A DNA stretch of 64,000 bases from a virus, in IMG/VR virus record IMGVR_UViG_3300014050_000003, positions 1-64,000 of that record. One strand, given 5' to 3'. Positions 51,468 to 61,166 of this stretch are shown here, piece after piece. Numbering within the stretch: the first letter of the stretch is position 1; every line of letters starts with the position of its first letter. The position numbers and the translations under genes were made by a program. The notes under the pieces were generated by a model. That model was not told where the DNA came from, searched no databases, and was given only the letters and a program-made list of their open reading frames with translations.

Positions 51468-52457
51468 ATGGAAATTGATTTTACAAGCGATATTCAAGCA
51501 GCAAAAAAAGGTAAAGCACCTTTAAATAAACCTTTTAGATTACCTTCTGGAAGTAAAAAGAAATTTGGTGTTTATGTAAAAAACGATAAAGGTAATACTG
51601 TAATGGTAAAATTTGGTGATCCAAATATGTCTATTAAAAGAGATAATCCAGCTAGACGTAAAGCTTATAGAGCAAGACATGGTTGCAGTAATCCAGGTCC
51701 AAAATGGAAAGCTAATTACTGGAGTTGCAAAATGTGGAGTAAAAAACCAGTTAGTAAAATTACTGGAAGTGAAGAAGAAATTACTTTAGAAGCAGATATT
51801 CAAGCTAAAAATAAAGGTCTTTGGTATAATATTCAACAAAAGAAAAAAAGAATGGGTAAAAATTATCGTCCAGCAAAACCAGGATCACCAGATCGTCCAA
51901 CACAAGAAGCTCTTAAAAAAGCTCAAGCTGAAGAATACGAATGGGATGGTGAAACAGAATTTGATCAAGCCGAACTTTTAAAACTTGATCCATCTCTTGC
52001 TCAAGTTCCAGAAATGCCAGAATCTCCAGAAGAAGAACTACAAGAATATAAAGATGATTTTTATGGTATGATTGTTGGCTCTATTAATTCTATACAAGTT
52101 CATGCTCAAAATATTTTAAATAAATTAGAAGATCCAATCGTAAAAGAAAATCTTACAGAACCATTCCTACAACAAATGGCAGCTCTTGCTGAAGATTATA
52201 TGATTACGATTCATAATTTTGTAATGTTTAATAAAGAAGATGAAAGTATAGCTTCAACAATGTTTAAAGTTGGAGATAAAGTTCAAAACATTAATCCAGC
52301 TTGCATGCATTATGGTAGCGAAGGAATTGTAAAAGAAATTAGAGAACTTCCAGAAAATATGGGATATGCAGTAATTTATGAATGCACAAATAATGGTCCA
52401 ACTTGGAAAATGGGCGATGTGATTGGCAAAACTGAAATTCAATTAAGAAAAATATAA
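51468..52457 (+). CDS. Modular conserved phage protein (probable internal head protein)
   Basis: Start set at MEIDFT (GTGTAA upstream). Modules: KKF.VYVK..GN...VKFGDP...F/YRARH.C...A.YWSC..W; GLW.NI..K; and FKVGDKV...HYGSEG.V. Confidence 0.7.
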   Translation: MEIDFTSDIQAAKKGKAPLNKPFRLPSGSKKKFGVYVKNDKGNTVMVKFGDPNMSIKRDNPARRKAYRARHGCSNPGPKWKANYWSCKMWSKKPVSKITGSEEEITLEADIQAKNKGLWYNIQQKKKRMGKNYRPAKPGSPDRPTQEALKKAQAEEYEWDGETEFDQAELLKLDPSLAQVPEMPESPEEELQEYKDDFYGMIVGSINSIQVHAQNILNKLEDPIVKENLTEPFLQQMAALAEDYMITIHNFVMFNKEDESIASTMFKVGDKVQNINPACMHYGSEGIVKEIRELPENMGYAVIYECTNNGPTWKMGDVIGKTEIQLRKI

Positions 52458-52461
52458 TTTT

Positions 52462-52842
52462 ATGGCAAATGAAGGGCTTATCTTTCCAAAACTTAATGAA
52501 AGACAAAAAGATCTTTATCTTAAAATAATTACTAATTTACAAACTTATGGTTATTTTGATAGAGGGATTGGATCAAATGGAATTCAATATTTAAGTGCAG
52601 AACAAAATCCTTTTAAAAAACAAAATCTTGAATGTGAATATTGCGTATTCTATTATTTAGAAGGCGATAAACCAAGATGTGAATTGATTCAAGGAGATAT
52701 AGATAACGAAGGATGGTGCAAATTTTGGATAATTTCTGATGAAGATATCAAAAAAGAATCTCAAGCAGCTTTTAAAGTTTTAAATAAAAAGAATAAAATT
52801 ATTGAAATTACATACAGATTGGATGATAAACAAACTAAATAA
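52462..52842 (+). CDS. HiPIP-like Cys-motif protein
   Basis: Y....NP....C..C.FY....C..I.G.I...GWCKFW matches the high-potential iron-sulfur protein Cys spacing. Confidence 0.55.
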   Translation: MANEGLIFPKLNERQKDLYLKIITNLQTYGYFDRGIGSNGIQYLSAEQNPFKKQNLECEYCVFYYLEGDKPRCELIQGDIDNEGWCKFWIISDEDIKKESQAAFKVLNKKNKIIEITYRLDDKQTK

Positions 52843-53353
52843 ATTTTGGAATTGGAAATCGAAAACATTATTAGTTGGGCTCGTATTAATCGTATCTTGG
52901 ATCGCTTGTTTAAAAATTGGTTTTGAACTTAAAAAATATAGCAATATAACAAATCTTCCAAATTCCTGTTTTGTAGATGCAATGATTTATGCTTCTCAAT
53001 GCAATCTTCTTTTAACTACAAATACTGAAATATGGAATAGTGTTTATGGTTTTACTTTTCATTATAAGGATGATAAAGAAAATATGCTTGGTCATGCTAT
53101 CTGTGTTTTTGAGTATAAGAATAATTTATGGGTATATGATCCTAATTGGGGTACATCGCCAATATGTCAAACTGGAGATAAAAAACAATATAGAGAAAAA
53201 ATAAGATTGTATATTAATGAACATTACCCTATAATAGTAATAGAGGATTTTATGCTAAATGATTGGACATATGTTCAAAAAATAAAGAAAAATAAAATGA
53301 ACAAATCTTATCAAGAGGTGTCTATACATTTAGATGAATACAAAAAGGAGTAA
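52802..53353 (+). CDS. Membrane-anchored protein with possible papain/transglutaminase-like Cys-His-Asp triad
   Basis: TM segment, then NSC...GHA.CVF...WVYDPN.G. Confidence 0.5.
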   Translation: MKLHTDWMINKLNKFWNWKSKTLLVGLVLIVSWIACLKIGFELKKYSNITNLPNSCFVDAMIYASQCNLLLTTNTEIWNSVYGFTFHYKDDKENMLGHAICVFEYKNNLWVYDPNWGTSPICQTGDKKQYREKIRLYINEHYPIIVIEDFMLNDWTYVQKIKKNKMNKSYQEVSIHLDEYKKE

Positions 53354-53359
53354 GGAATT

Positions 53360-55294
53360 ATGAAAATAAACCTATTAAAAAGGTTATTAAAAAATACAAC
53401 CGCAAGTTTAGTTGCGGTTTTTTTATGCTCAAATGCCAAAGCTGCAACATTATATTGGGATACTAATGGTACAACTTCTGGAGTTGGTGGTACTGGAAAT
53501 TGGACCACTACAGGAACAACATGGTCTACAGATCCTAATGGAACAACTACAACCGTATCTGGAGGGTGGACAAGTGCGGGAACAGGACCAACTAATATAG
53601 CCGTATTCCAAGGAACAGCTGGTCAAGTTACTTTAAGTAGCAGTACTGTATACGCAAATAATGTTCAAGTAAATTCTTCTGGTTATACTTTTTGGAATAG
53701 CGGAACAACATCTTCTCAAAATAGATATATCAGAAGCACAAATGGTATTACTTTGGGTGCAGGAGTAAATTTAAACTGGGGATCAGCTGGTGCAGTTTTG
53801 GGACTAACTGGTCCTATAAATGGTGGGACAGGTTCACTATTAACTATTGTTGGTAGTACGGATGCTTCTACTGGTGTTAATTCAAAAATTGGGCTTTCTT
53901 CTAACGCTATAGCAACAGTTATCAATGTACCTATGACTGTAGCTACTACAGGTACAGGATATGCAGTAGTATCTGTAACTGATTCTTCTACTACAAATAG
54001 AATTAACGGAAATATTACCATTAATAATGGATCAAGACTTATTCTTGGCACAGGATCATCTACTAGCAGAGCATTAATTGTTTCTGGTGATATTACATCA
54101 TCTGCAGATGGCGCACTATCTATTAATGAGAGTGGTAATACTGGTCTTGTAGAATTAAGAGGAAGCAATACTATAACTGGAGATATTAATGTATATGGCC
54201 AATTAGGATATGCTAATAAAAATGCATTTGGTACAGCGAGATTAATTCTTAACCAAGGTGCAACTTTAGGTCAAAGCCAAACTATTGGTGATAATAGTGA
54301 TGCAGCAAGAATGATTAATAATAATATTCTACTAAATGGAGATGTTACTATTGGCGGATTAAGTTGGGCAAATATTCTTGGTGGTAATATAGATTTAAAT
54401 AATGCTACTAGATCTATTAAAGTAGACAACTCTACTACTATTTATGGAGGATTTGTTAATAGCACTACAGGTTTAATATTTACAAATAGTTCAAGTTCTG
54501 TAGGAGGTAGAACAATGGCATTTAATGGCGCTAGTGCATATTCTGGTAATACATATTTTAATTCTAGTGGAACAGGTTGGAATATTAGCGTTAATAATAC
54601 TAATGGATCTGCTTTTGGAACTGGAAATGTTTATGTATATAAAGGAACTTCTCTAAGCGCAAATAATACAGGCACAACATTAAATGGAAATGGAATTATT
54701 GCTGGAACAATTGGTGGAGATGCTATTGTAAGTCCAGGAAATAGTCCAGGATTATTAACTGTAGGAGCAGTAGATCCAAGTGGAGGAATGAGCTTTGCAT
54801 TTGAAATTACTAGTAATTTATTACATAATGGTACATCATATAATAATGATGTATTGAAAATAACAAATAGTCAACCATTTACTGTAGCATTAACATCTGC
54901 AAATGTTGTTAATCTATATCTAAATTCAAATGCATATAATTTAATGTATAATAATTTACTCAATAGTTTAAATTCTACATTTCAAGCTGGATTTTTTAAT
55001 GCTAATGATTTTAATACTGATATAGCAAATGCAACTTATAATATGTATTTTCAAAGTGGCTTTGGAACATTAACATTCAATGGTTTAACATACGAAACAT
55101 ATAATGAGTTTTTAACAAGAACAGGCTCTCAAGACGTTTCTTATTCTATAAATACAAGTCAAACTACATTGACTGACTCTACTCTTGGATATATTTCAAC
55201 TGTTAATATAATACCAGAACCTTCTCCGTTTAGTCTTTTAGCATTTGGTTCCGCAGCTTTATTAGTAGCTAGGAGATTGAGAAGAAATGGATAA
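53360..55294 (+). CDS. PEP-CTERM sorting-domain protein with beta-helix/autotransporter-like passenger repeats
   Basis: Signal peptide (AKA-A), ATLYWD.NG...G.GGTGNW, a G/T/S/N-rich body, SPGNSPG.LT, and C-terminal IPEPS + TM + RRLRR. Confidence 0.9.
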   Translation: MKINLLKRLLKNTTASLVAVFLCSNAKAATLYWDTNGTTSGVGGTGNWTTTGTTWSTDPNGTTTTVSGGWTSAGTGPTNIAVFQGTAGQVTLSSSTVYANNVQVNSSGYTFWNSGTTSSQNRYIRSTNGITLGAGVNLNWGSAGAVLGLTGPINGGTGSLLTIVGSTDASTGVNSKIGLSSNAIATVINVPMTVATTGTGYAVVSVTDSSTTNRINGNITINNGSRLILGTGSSTSRALIVSGDITSSADGALSINESGNTGLVELRGSNTITGDINVYGQLGYANKNAFGTARLILNQGATLGQSQTIGDNSDAARMINNNILLNGDVTIGGLSWANILGGNIDLNNATRSIKVDNSTTIYGGFVNSTTGLIFTNSSSSVGGRTMAFNGASAYSGNTYFNSSGTGWNISVNNTNGSAFGTGNVYVYKGTSLSANNTGTTLNGNGIIAGTIGGDAIVSPGNSPGLLTVGAVDPSGGMSFAFEITSNLLHNGTSYNNDVLKITNSQPFTVALTSANVVNLYLNSNAYNLMYNNLLNSLNSTFQAGFFNANDFNTDIANATYNMYFQSGFGTLTFNGLTYETYNEFLTRTGSQDVSYSINTSQTTLTDSTLGYISTVNIIPEPSPFSLLAFGSAALLVARRLRRNG

Positions 55295-56142
55295 TAGATT
55301 GAAAACTTTATTAAAAGAAAATTATTATACTCCGACTTCAGAACAAACAGAAAAATTTATAAATAATTTTCATCAATATAGAGCTAAAAAGAAAGCTGAA
55401 GAAAAAACATATTATTCTTTAGGATTAATAATTTTATTAATTATTACTTTATTAGGATCAATCGCTATAAAAGAAACAACAAATAAATTAGATATTCAAA
55501 CTTCTGCAGGAGAAGTTAAAAAATGAAAAAGATATTATTAATTATATTAGCAGCAATAGCTTTAACTACTTATTGTTATACAGAAAATCAAATTAAGGTA
55601 AGTATTAAAAGAAATAATAAGGGCGAAATTTTATTAAATATAACTGGGCATACTTCTCCAATTATTATAGAAATGGATGGAAAATTTACTACATTTAATG
55701 TTGGGGATAAAGAATTAAATCTTGATGAGGCTATAAGCGTTGAAGTTCCATCGCTTGATACATCAAGTGGAGTTGAAAAATCTAATACTGATGCTCAATC
55801 TCCTGTACCACCAGTTAATATGAATGCTTATCCAGAAGCGGCTACTCCATTTTAATATGGTGTAAGCTTTATGTTATGTTATCTAAGATTAAAAATTGGT
55901 GGAAAGATTTAAAATATTACGATAAAGTTTTCTTTATTACATTTATTCCAGCTATGCTTTTTACTCTTTGGGGTATGAGCGATCTTTATATTAATTATTT
56001 TGATGAATTAACAAAGCAAGATCATATGCAGTTTTTTTTAAGAATATTTTTTCCTATATCATTAGCGACTTTAATAACAGTATTAGAACGCAATAAAAGA
56101 CAAAAGTTAATAAAAGATATTAAAAACTATCTCAGCGAATAG
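55287..56142 (+). CDS. Three small membrane/secreted proteins (55287-55526, 55523-55855, 55876-56142)
   Basis: TM or signal segments; the first two are translationally coupled to the PEP-CTERM gene. Confidence 0.6.
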
Positions 56143-56156
56143 TGTAATTTGATTAT

Positions 56157-56870
56157 ATGAGTTTAATTATAAATTCAACTTTCATAGTTAAAAAATCTAA
56201 AATTAAAAATGGTTTAACTCAACAAACTGCTGGTGATAGCGCTTATCAAATCAAAACAGATTTTCCAAGCAGCGCAGATGGTCTTTATTGGATTAAAAAT
56301 AATAATATAAATGGAGCAAACCCATTTCAAATTTATGCTGATATGACAACTGATGGTGGAGGATGGACATTAATAATGTTAAATAATTATAGTTCTGGAT
56401 GGACTTATGAAAATACAATTTTAAGAAATGAATCTAATCCACCAGCTTCTCCAGATGATAGACCAAGACAAGGCGAAGGATCAGATGGTTCAGATAATTA
56501 TAGTATAATAAGTTATGCAGATTATATTAAAAAATCTTCTAGCGGATTTCAATATATGATTGATGCATATCAAAGAGGACATTGGGGAGGAATTTGGACA
56601 GCAAATGATAATTATAGTTTCATAGCAACAAATAATACTCAAACAAATATAACTTTAAATACAAAATTTGACAATTGGGAGTATTCTCAAGGCGGAGGCA
56701 TCGATCAAAGAATGCCTTGGTATGTAAATTCTCAAGCTTTTATTACTACAGATGACGAGGGGCATACATATTGGTGGGGAACACTAATACCTGCAGGAGG
56801 ATGGTCTCCAACCCCATGGATTGAAAATTTAATGCCACATCCTGGAATTATTTGGTATTGGGTTAGATAA
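56157..56870 (+). CDS. Fibrinogen-C-like / lectin-like domain protein
   Basis: DG.YWI....PFQIYADMTTDGGGWTL motif. Confidence 0.7.
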   Translation: MSLIINSTFIVKKSKIKNGLTQQTAGDSAYQIKTDFPSSADGLYWIKNNNINGANPFQIYADMTTDGGGWTLIMLNNYSSGWTYENTILRNESNPPASPDDRPRQGEGSDGSDNYSIISYADYIKKSSSGFQYMIDAYQRGHWGGIWTANDNYSFIATNNTQTNITLNTKFDNWEYSQGGGIDQRMPWYVNSQAFITTDDEGHTYWWGTLIPAGGWSPTPWIENLMPHPGIIWYWVR

Positions 56871-57018
56871 TTTTATTTTAATCTTTCAATAAGATAAAAT
56901 ACATATATAAAAACAGCAAAACAAATTAATATAGAAGAAAAGGTCATTTGAAAGTATTACACTTTTAATATTATTTAATTTTTTTATTAAATAAAAATAA
57001 GTGTAATAATATAATAAT

Positions 57019-59850
57019 ATGTCATTAGAATTAACGACAGCGACAGATCAGCAGTTATCAGGAATAAGGCAAACTCTAAAAACGGTAAGTTTAATTGGAG
57101 ACGAGAGCATTAGTGGAGTTAAAATTTTTGAAGGTGATGGCGTAAGTGATGGCGATCCGATTAAATCAAAAATATTAATAAATCCTATTGGATTATATAA
57201 TTTTGATTTTCCTACAACATATAATGTACCAACAATTAGTGGTTATCCATTATTAGATTTAAGAGGAGGATATGGGAATAGTAATGCTTATATACAAATA
57301 TTTGATGGAGTAATATATGCTTATTCTCCAGATTATTTAAAAATAGAAGGCGCACCAGTCGCAATAAATGATCAAAGTATATATGGAGTAGGAATAGGAA
57401 CAGATAATCCAAGTGAAAAATTACATGTAGTTGGTAATATAAAAGCTTCTAATAATATTTATGCTAATAATTTAGTTTATATTACTGGAAATCAAACAAT
57501 AGATGGTCAAAAAACTTTTAATTCTTTAATATATTTTTCTGGCGGAGCAAATATTAATATGCTTAGCGGAGCAGATGGGCGCGGAGGTTCAATTGATCTT
57601 TCAAATAATAATGCAGCAAATTTTTCAATTCAAACAGGAAATTTACCAACCCAAAACGATGGTTCAATTTATAATAAAATAAATGACTCATTATATCTTA
57701 GAAAAAATTCAGTTTGGGAAAAAGTAATAACAAATAAAGATAATCCTATTTATGCTACTGGGGATCAAAATATTAGTGGTTTAAAAACTTTTAATTCTGA
57801 ATTTTTTACATCAATGTGGGATGATGATGAAGTTATCTTATCAAATCCAGCTGTTCAAATTAAAAATAGTTTAAAAATAGCATCATATGATACTAGTAAT
57901 TATTTTGATCAACCAAAAATAATTTTGAGTGATGCTGGACTACTAAAATCTACTGGCCCTAAAGCAGGTTTAGAATATAGATCAATAACTCTTGGAGTAA
58001 ACATAATAGATGATTTAAATGGTGCAGATATTAGAAAAATATATTCTGGACAAAATGCTCCAATAGTAAGTCTAAATGCTGGTCCAGCAAGTTACTCTGC
58101 AAGAGATGGAATTTTAATATCAAATAATAAAAGTGCAACCTTTAACAATCAAAATGATTATATTTTATTTATTGATACTGATACGGGATCTAATACATAT
58201 GGTGGAGTTAAAATAGGAGGACTAGATAATTCTAATATTAGAAAAAATGTAACAAATCCAATAGCTCCTGGTTTTCTATTAGATGTAAACGGAAATATTA
58301 AAGCAAATAATTTAATTTATAATACTGGCGATCAAACTATAAGTGGAGTTAAAACTTTTAATAGCGGATTAAGTACAACATATATTTCTGGAGTATCAGG
58401 AAGTAGTTTAAATATATTAGGATGCTCTGATTCAATATCAGCACAAACTTTACGCAATATAAATATAACAGCGGGTTCAGGAACATCTACGATAGATGCA
58501 GGAGATATAATTTTAATAGGTGGCAATTTAAGTGGATTTGCGCCAAGTATATTAAAAACTGGCGCAAGTATTACTATTGGCGGCGCAAAGACTTCTTCAT
58601 ATACTGCAGATATAACTATAAAACCTTCAATTGATCAGAATGGGGCTGCTGGAAATATTGTTATTCAAGCAGGAGCAACTCCAACTTACAATGGTAAAAT
58701 TAATATGTTTGGTGATATAAATATTAATGGCACAAATGATATGGGGTCACCATTATCATCAAAAAATATAAACATATACAGAAGAGGCGATCTTCTTGGC
58801 TTTCCATCTCAAAGACTTGCTATTTCAATAGATAATAATAATGTTAATTTTCAAAATGAAATGGGACTACAAGTAAGTGGCGTACAAGTAACTCCAAGTC
58901 TTTATGTTCGTACAATTGGAGATCAAAGTATTAGTGGAGCAAAAACATTCTTTTCTGGATTAAATATAGCCAATGGCACTTTAAATTTAAATAATTCATA
59001 TTTATCTGGCGAAAATATTAAACCATCTACTGGAATATCTTTATACAATAGATCAACGACAGCAAGAAATATTTTAACTCAAGTAGATAGTGAAGGAAGA
59101 AGTTTGGCTTTCCAGCCTAATTTAGCAACAAATAGAATAATTAATTTCCAATCAAGATCTAATTCTACTTCAAGTACAAATGCGGGTTTTGGTATCAATT
59201 TAGCTACAAGCGGCATATTAGCTCGACCAGTTTATATGAAAGTCGGAGATGTATTAGGATCATTACCAAGGATTGGGTTTCAACACACGGGAGGATTAAA
59301 TGAAGCAGGAGTTACCAATAATGTTGATCAAAATATTTTTAGAGGCACAGGAGGACTTGGTGGATTTTTCTTTCAAGCAAGATTTGGAATAAGTGAAAAT
59401 AATATAAGTACAAGTGGTCGAGGATTTTTTGGATTATGGGATAAACAAACCGTACTTGTAACAAATTCTACATTTGATCCATATTCCTCTAATCGTCAAA
59501 ATCTTATTGGAGTAGGATTTAATAGCGGAGACTCAAATTTAAGTTTTATTCATTCAGATTCTACTTCTCCAGGTACAGATAATGTTAATAGAAAAAAAAT
59601 ATCATTAGGATCAAATTTCCCAATTAGAAGTGGAAATGTATATGAATTAAGTATATATGGATTGCCAGATAAATCTTATGTAGATATGAATATTTCTATA
59701 TTAAGAAGCGGAATATCAACAGGATACAGAGCAACCACAGCTCTTCCTGCCGCAGATTATGCATTAGCTCCAAATTTTTCAGTAAATGGACCAATTGCAT
59801 CAGGAAATATTGCTTTTGATTTATCTAATTTTTATATAGACACTCAATAA
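57019..59850 (+). CDS. Tail fibre / receptor-binding-like protein
   Basis: Repeats of (L/I)Y.TG(D/N)Q.I.G.KTF, GVGIGT..P.EKLHV.GN, Gly/Ser/Thr-rich, with a C-terminal beta domain. Confidence 0.7.
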   Translation: MSLELTTATDQQLSGIRQTLKTVSLIGDESISGVKIFEGDGVSDGDPIKSKILINPIGLYNFDFPTTYNVPTISGYPLLDLRGGYGNSNAYIQIFDGVIYAYSPDYLKIEGAPVAINDQSIYGVGIGTDNPSEKLHVVGNIKASNNIYANNLVYITGNQTIDGQKTFNSLIYFSGGANINMLSGADGRGGSIDLSNNNAANFSIQTGNLPTQNDGSIYNKINDSLYLRKNSVWEKVITNKDNPIYATGDQNISGLKTFNSEFFTSMWDDDEVILSNPAVQIKNSLKIASYDTSNYFDQPKIILSDAGLLKSTGPKAGLEYRSITLGVNIIDDLNGADIRKIYSGQNAPIVSLNAGPASYSARDGILISNNKSATFNNQNDYILFIDTDTGSNTYGGVKIGGLDNSNIRKNVTNPIAPGFLLDVNGNIKANNLIYNTGDQTISGVKTFNSGLSTTYISGVSGSSLNILGCSDSISAQTLRNINITAGSGTSTIDAGDIILIGGNLSGFAPSILKTGASITIGGAKTSSYTADITIKPSIDQNGAAGNIVIQAGATPTYNGKINMFGDININGTNDMGSPLSSKNINIYRRGDLLGFPSQRLAISIDNNNVNFQNEMGLQVSGVQVTPSLYVRTIGDQSISGAKTFFSGLNIANGTLNLNNSYLSGENIKPSTGISLYNRSTTARNILTQVDSEGRSLAFQPNLATNRIINFQSRSNSTSSTNAGFGINLATSGILARPVYMKVGDVLGSLPRIGFQHTGGLNEAGVTNNVDQNIFRGTGGLGGFFFQARFGISENNISTSGRGFFGLWDKQTVLVTNSTFDPYSSNRQNLIGVGFNSGDSNLSFIHSDSTSPGTDNVNRKKISLGSNFPIRSGNVYELSIYGLPDKSYVDMNISILRSGISTGYRATTALPAADYALAPNFSVNGPIASGNIAFDLSNFYIDTQ

Positions 59851-59863
59851 TTTTTAAATTAAT

Positions 59864-59896
59864 TCTTAGCGCCAAGGATTGAACTTGACGCTAAGA
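59864..59896 (-). terminator. 13-bp hairpin with T-loop between convergent genes
   Basis: TCTTAGCGTCAAG-TTCAATC-CTTGGCGCTAAGA on the minus strand. Confidence 0.6.
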
Positions 59897-59902
59897 TTAC
59901 TA

Positions 59903-60259
59903 TTAGTCTATTTTAATTTTATTTTGTAGTTTTTTATTTTCTTTACCAAAAGTAATTGTGAGCAAACCATCTTCATGTTTTGCTTTTACTTCTGAAAGAT
60001 CTACTTTTCTAGGCAAGTAAAAGGATTTTTGGTATTTTACTTTGCCTTCTTTTCTAGTAGCGTTAATATTTAGATATTCTTGATTTGTAGTAATATCAAT
60101 ATTTTCTTTTTTAAATCCTGCAAGAGGAATTTCAAGAGAATATTGATCATTTTCTAATACAAAATCAGAATATTCCTTGTCCCAACCAAATATAGAATCA
60201 TTAAATATATTTTCAAATACATCTAATGGTCTATGTCCATTTCTTAGTGTTAATAGCAT
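59903..60259 (-). CDS. Small heat-shock protein (Hsp20/alpha-crystallin)
   Basis: LAGFKKE.I.I, F.LP..VD...V.AK.EDGLL.I. Confidence 0.9.
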   Translation of the reverse strand: MLLTLRNGHRPLDVFENIFNDSIFGWDKEYSDFVLENDQYSLEIPLAGFKKENIDITTNQEYLNINATRKEGKVKYQKSFYLPRKVDLSEVKAKHEDGLLTITFGKENKKLQNKIKID

Positions 60260-60293
60260 ATTTAATATGCCTCCTTTCTCCTTTTAATATTAA

Positions 60294-60310
60294 TGCAGTT
60301 TTTATGCCAA
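60294..60310 (-). promoter_or_regulatory. Sigma54 (-24/-12) promoter of Hsp20
   Basis: TTGGCATAAAAACTGCA has GG-N10-GC spacing; strong SD AAGGAGG at 60270-60276. Confidence 0.7.
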
Positions 60311-60422
60311 CTTTTTATAGAGTAAAGTATTATGTATAGAGTCAAAATGACACAATGTGAATTATTTAAATTGTCAAAATGTCACATTTCTAGTTATATT
60401 TATTTTATGTGTAATAGCTAAT

Positions 60423-61166
60423 ATGCCAATACCCCAAAAAAAAGATAACGAATCACAAAATGATTATATGGGACGCTGTATGCATAAATTAAAAGACGAA
60501 AAACGTCCTCAAGATCAAAAAGTCGCAATTTGTTTAAATACTTATCGTAATCCTAAGAAAAAAGCTAAAGCAGAAATTGAGATAGACTTTACAGAAGATA
60601 TTAAAAACATGAATAAACCGCAAGAAATAATACCAACAGAAGCACCAAAAGTTGAAGCTAAAGTAGAAGAAGTAGCCAACACGGCAGTAACCGCACCAGC
60701 TCCAGAAGTTAAAATTCAAGAAAATACAGCTTCTTGTGGTAAACCAAATTGTGGATCGGTTCAAAAAGTAGAAGAAGTTAGAGCTGAAAATGATGGTAAA
60801 GGCGAATTAATTCAAACAACTCTTCTTCAAATGCAACATCAATATAAAATTTTACATTGGCAAACTACTTCATTTTCTCAACATAAAAGTTTTGATGAAA
60901 TTGTAAGTAGCTTGAGCGAAAATATTGATGAATTTATTGAAACTTACATGGGTAAATATGGTAGAGTAATTGCTGCTAATACTTTTAATATTACTCTCGC
61001 TAATTATAAAGATGCAGATTTCATGACTCTTACAAATAATTATATTACATTTTTAATTGGATTAAATGATATGCTAGATAAAGCTCAAGATTCAGATTTA
61101 TTAAATATAAGAGATGAGATTTTAGGATCTTTAAATCAATTAAAGTATTTATTTAGTTTAGTTTAA
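60423..61166 (+). CDS. DUF5856-like (ferritin/Dps-like C-terminus) modular protein
   Basis: Start set at MPIPQK. C-terminus has Q..ILHWQT.SF..HK..D....DEFIE.YMG.YG...DLLNIRDEILG.LN.LKYL. Confidence 0.7.
   Translation: MPIPQKKDNESQNDYMGRCMHKLKDEKRPQDQKVAICLNTYRNPKKKAKAEIEIDFTEDIKNMNKPQEIIPTEAPKVEAKVEEVANTAVTAPAPEVKIQENTASCGKPNCGSVQKVEEVRAENDGKGELIQTTLLQMQHQYKILHWQTTSFSQHKSFDEIVSSLSENIDEFIETYMGKYGRVIAANTFNITLANYKDADFMTLTNNYITFLIGLNDMLDKAQDSDLLNIRDEILGSLNQLKYLFSLV

Noticed and set aside
57019-59850. Diversity-generating retroelement target in the tail fibre or fibrinogen-like gene
   Set aside because: No reverse transcriptase and no template/variable repeat pair were seen in the window; the internal repeats are protein-level fibre repeats.
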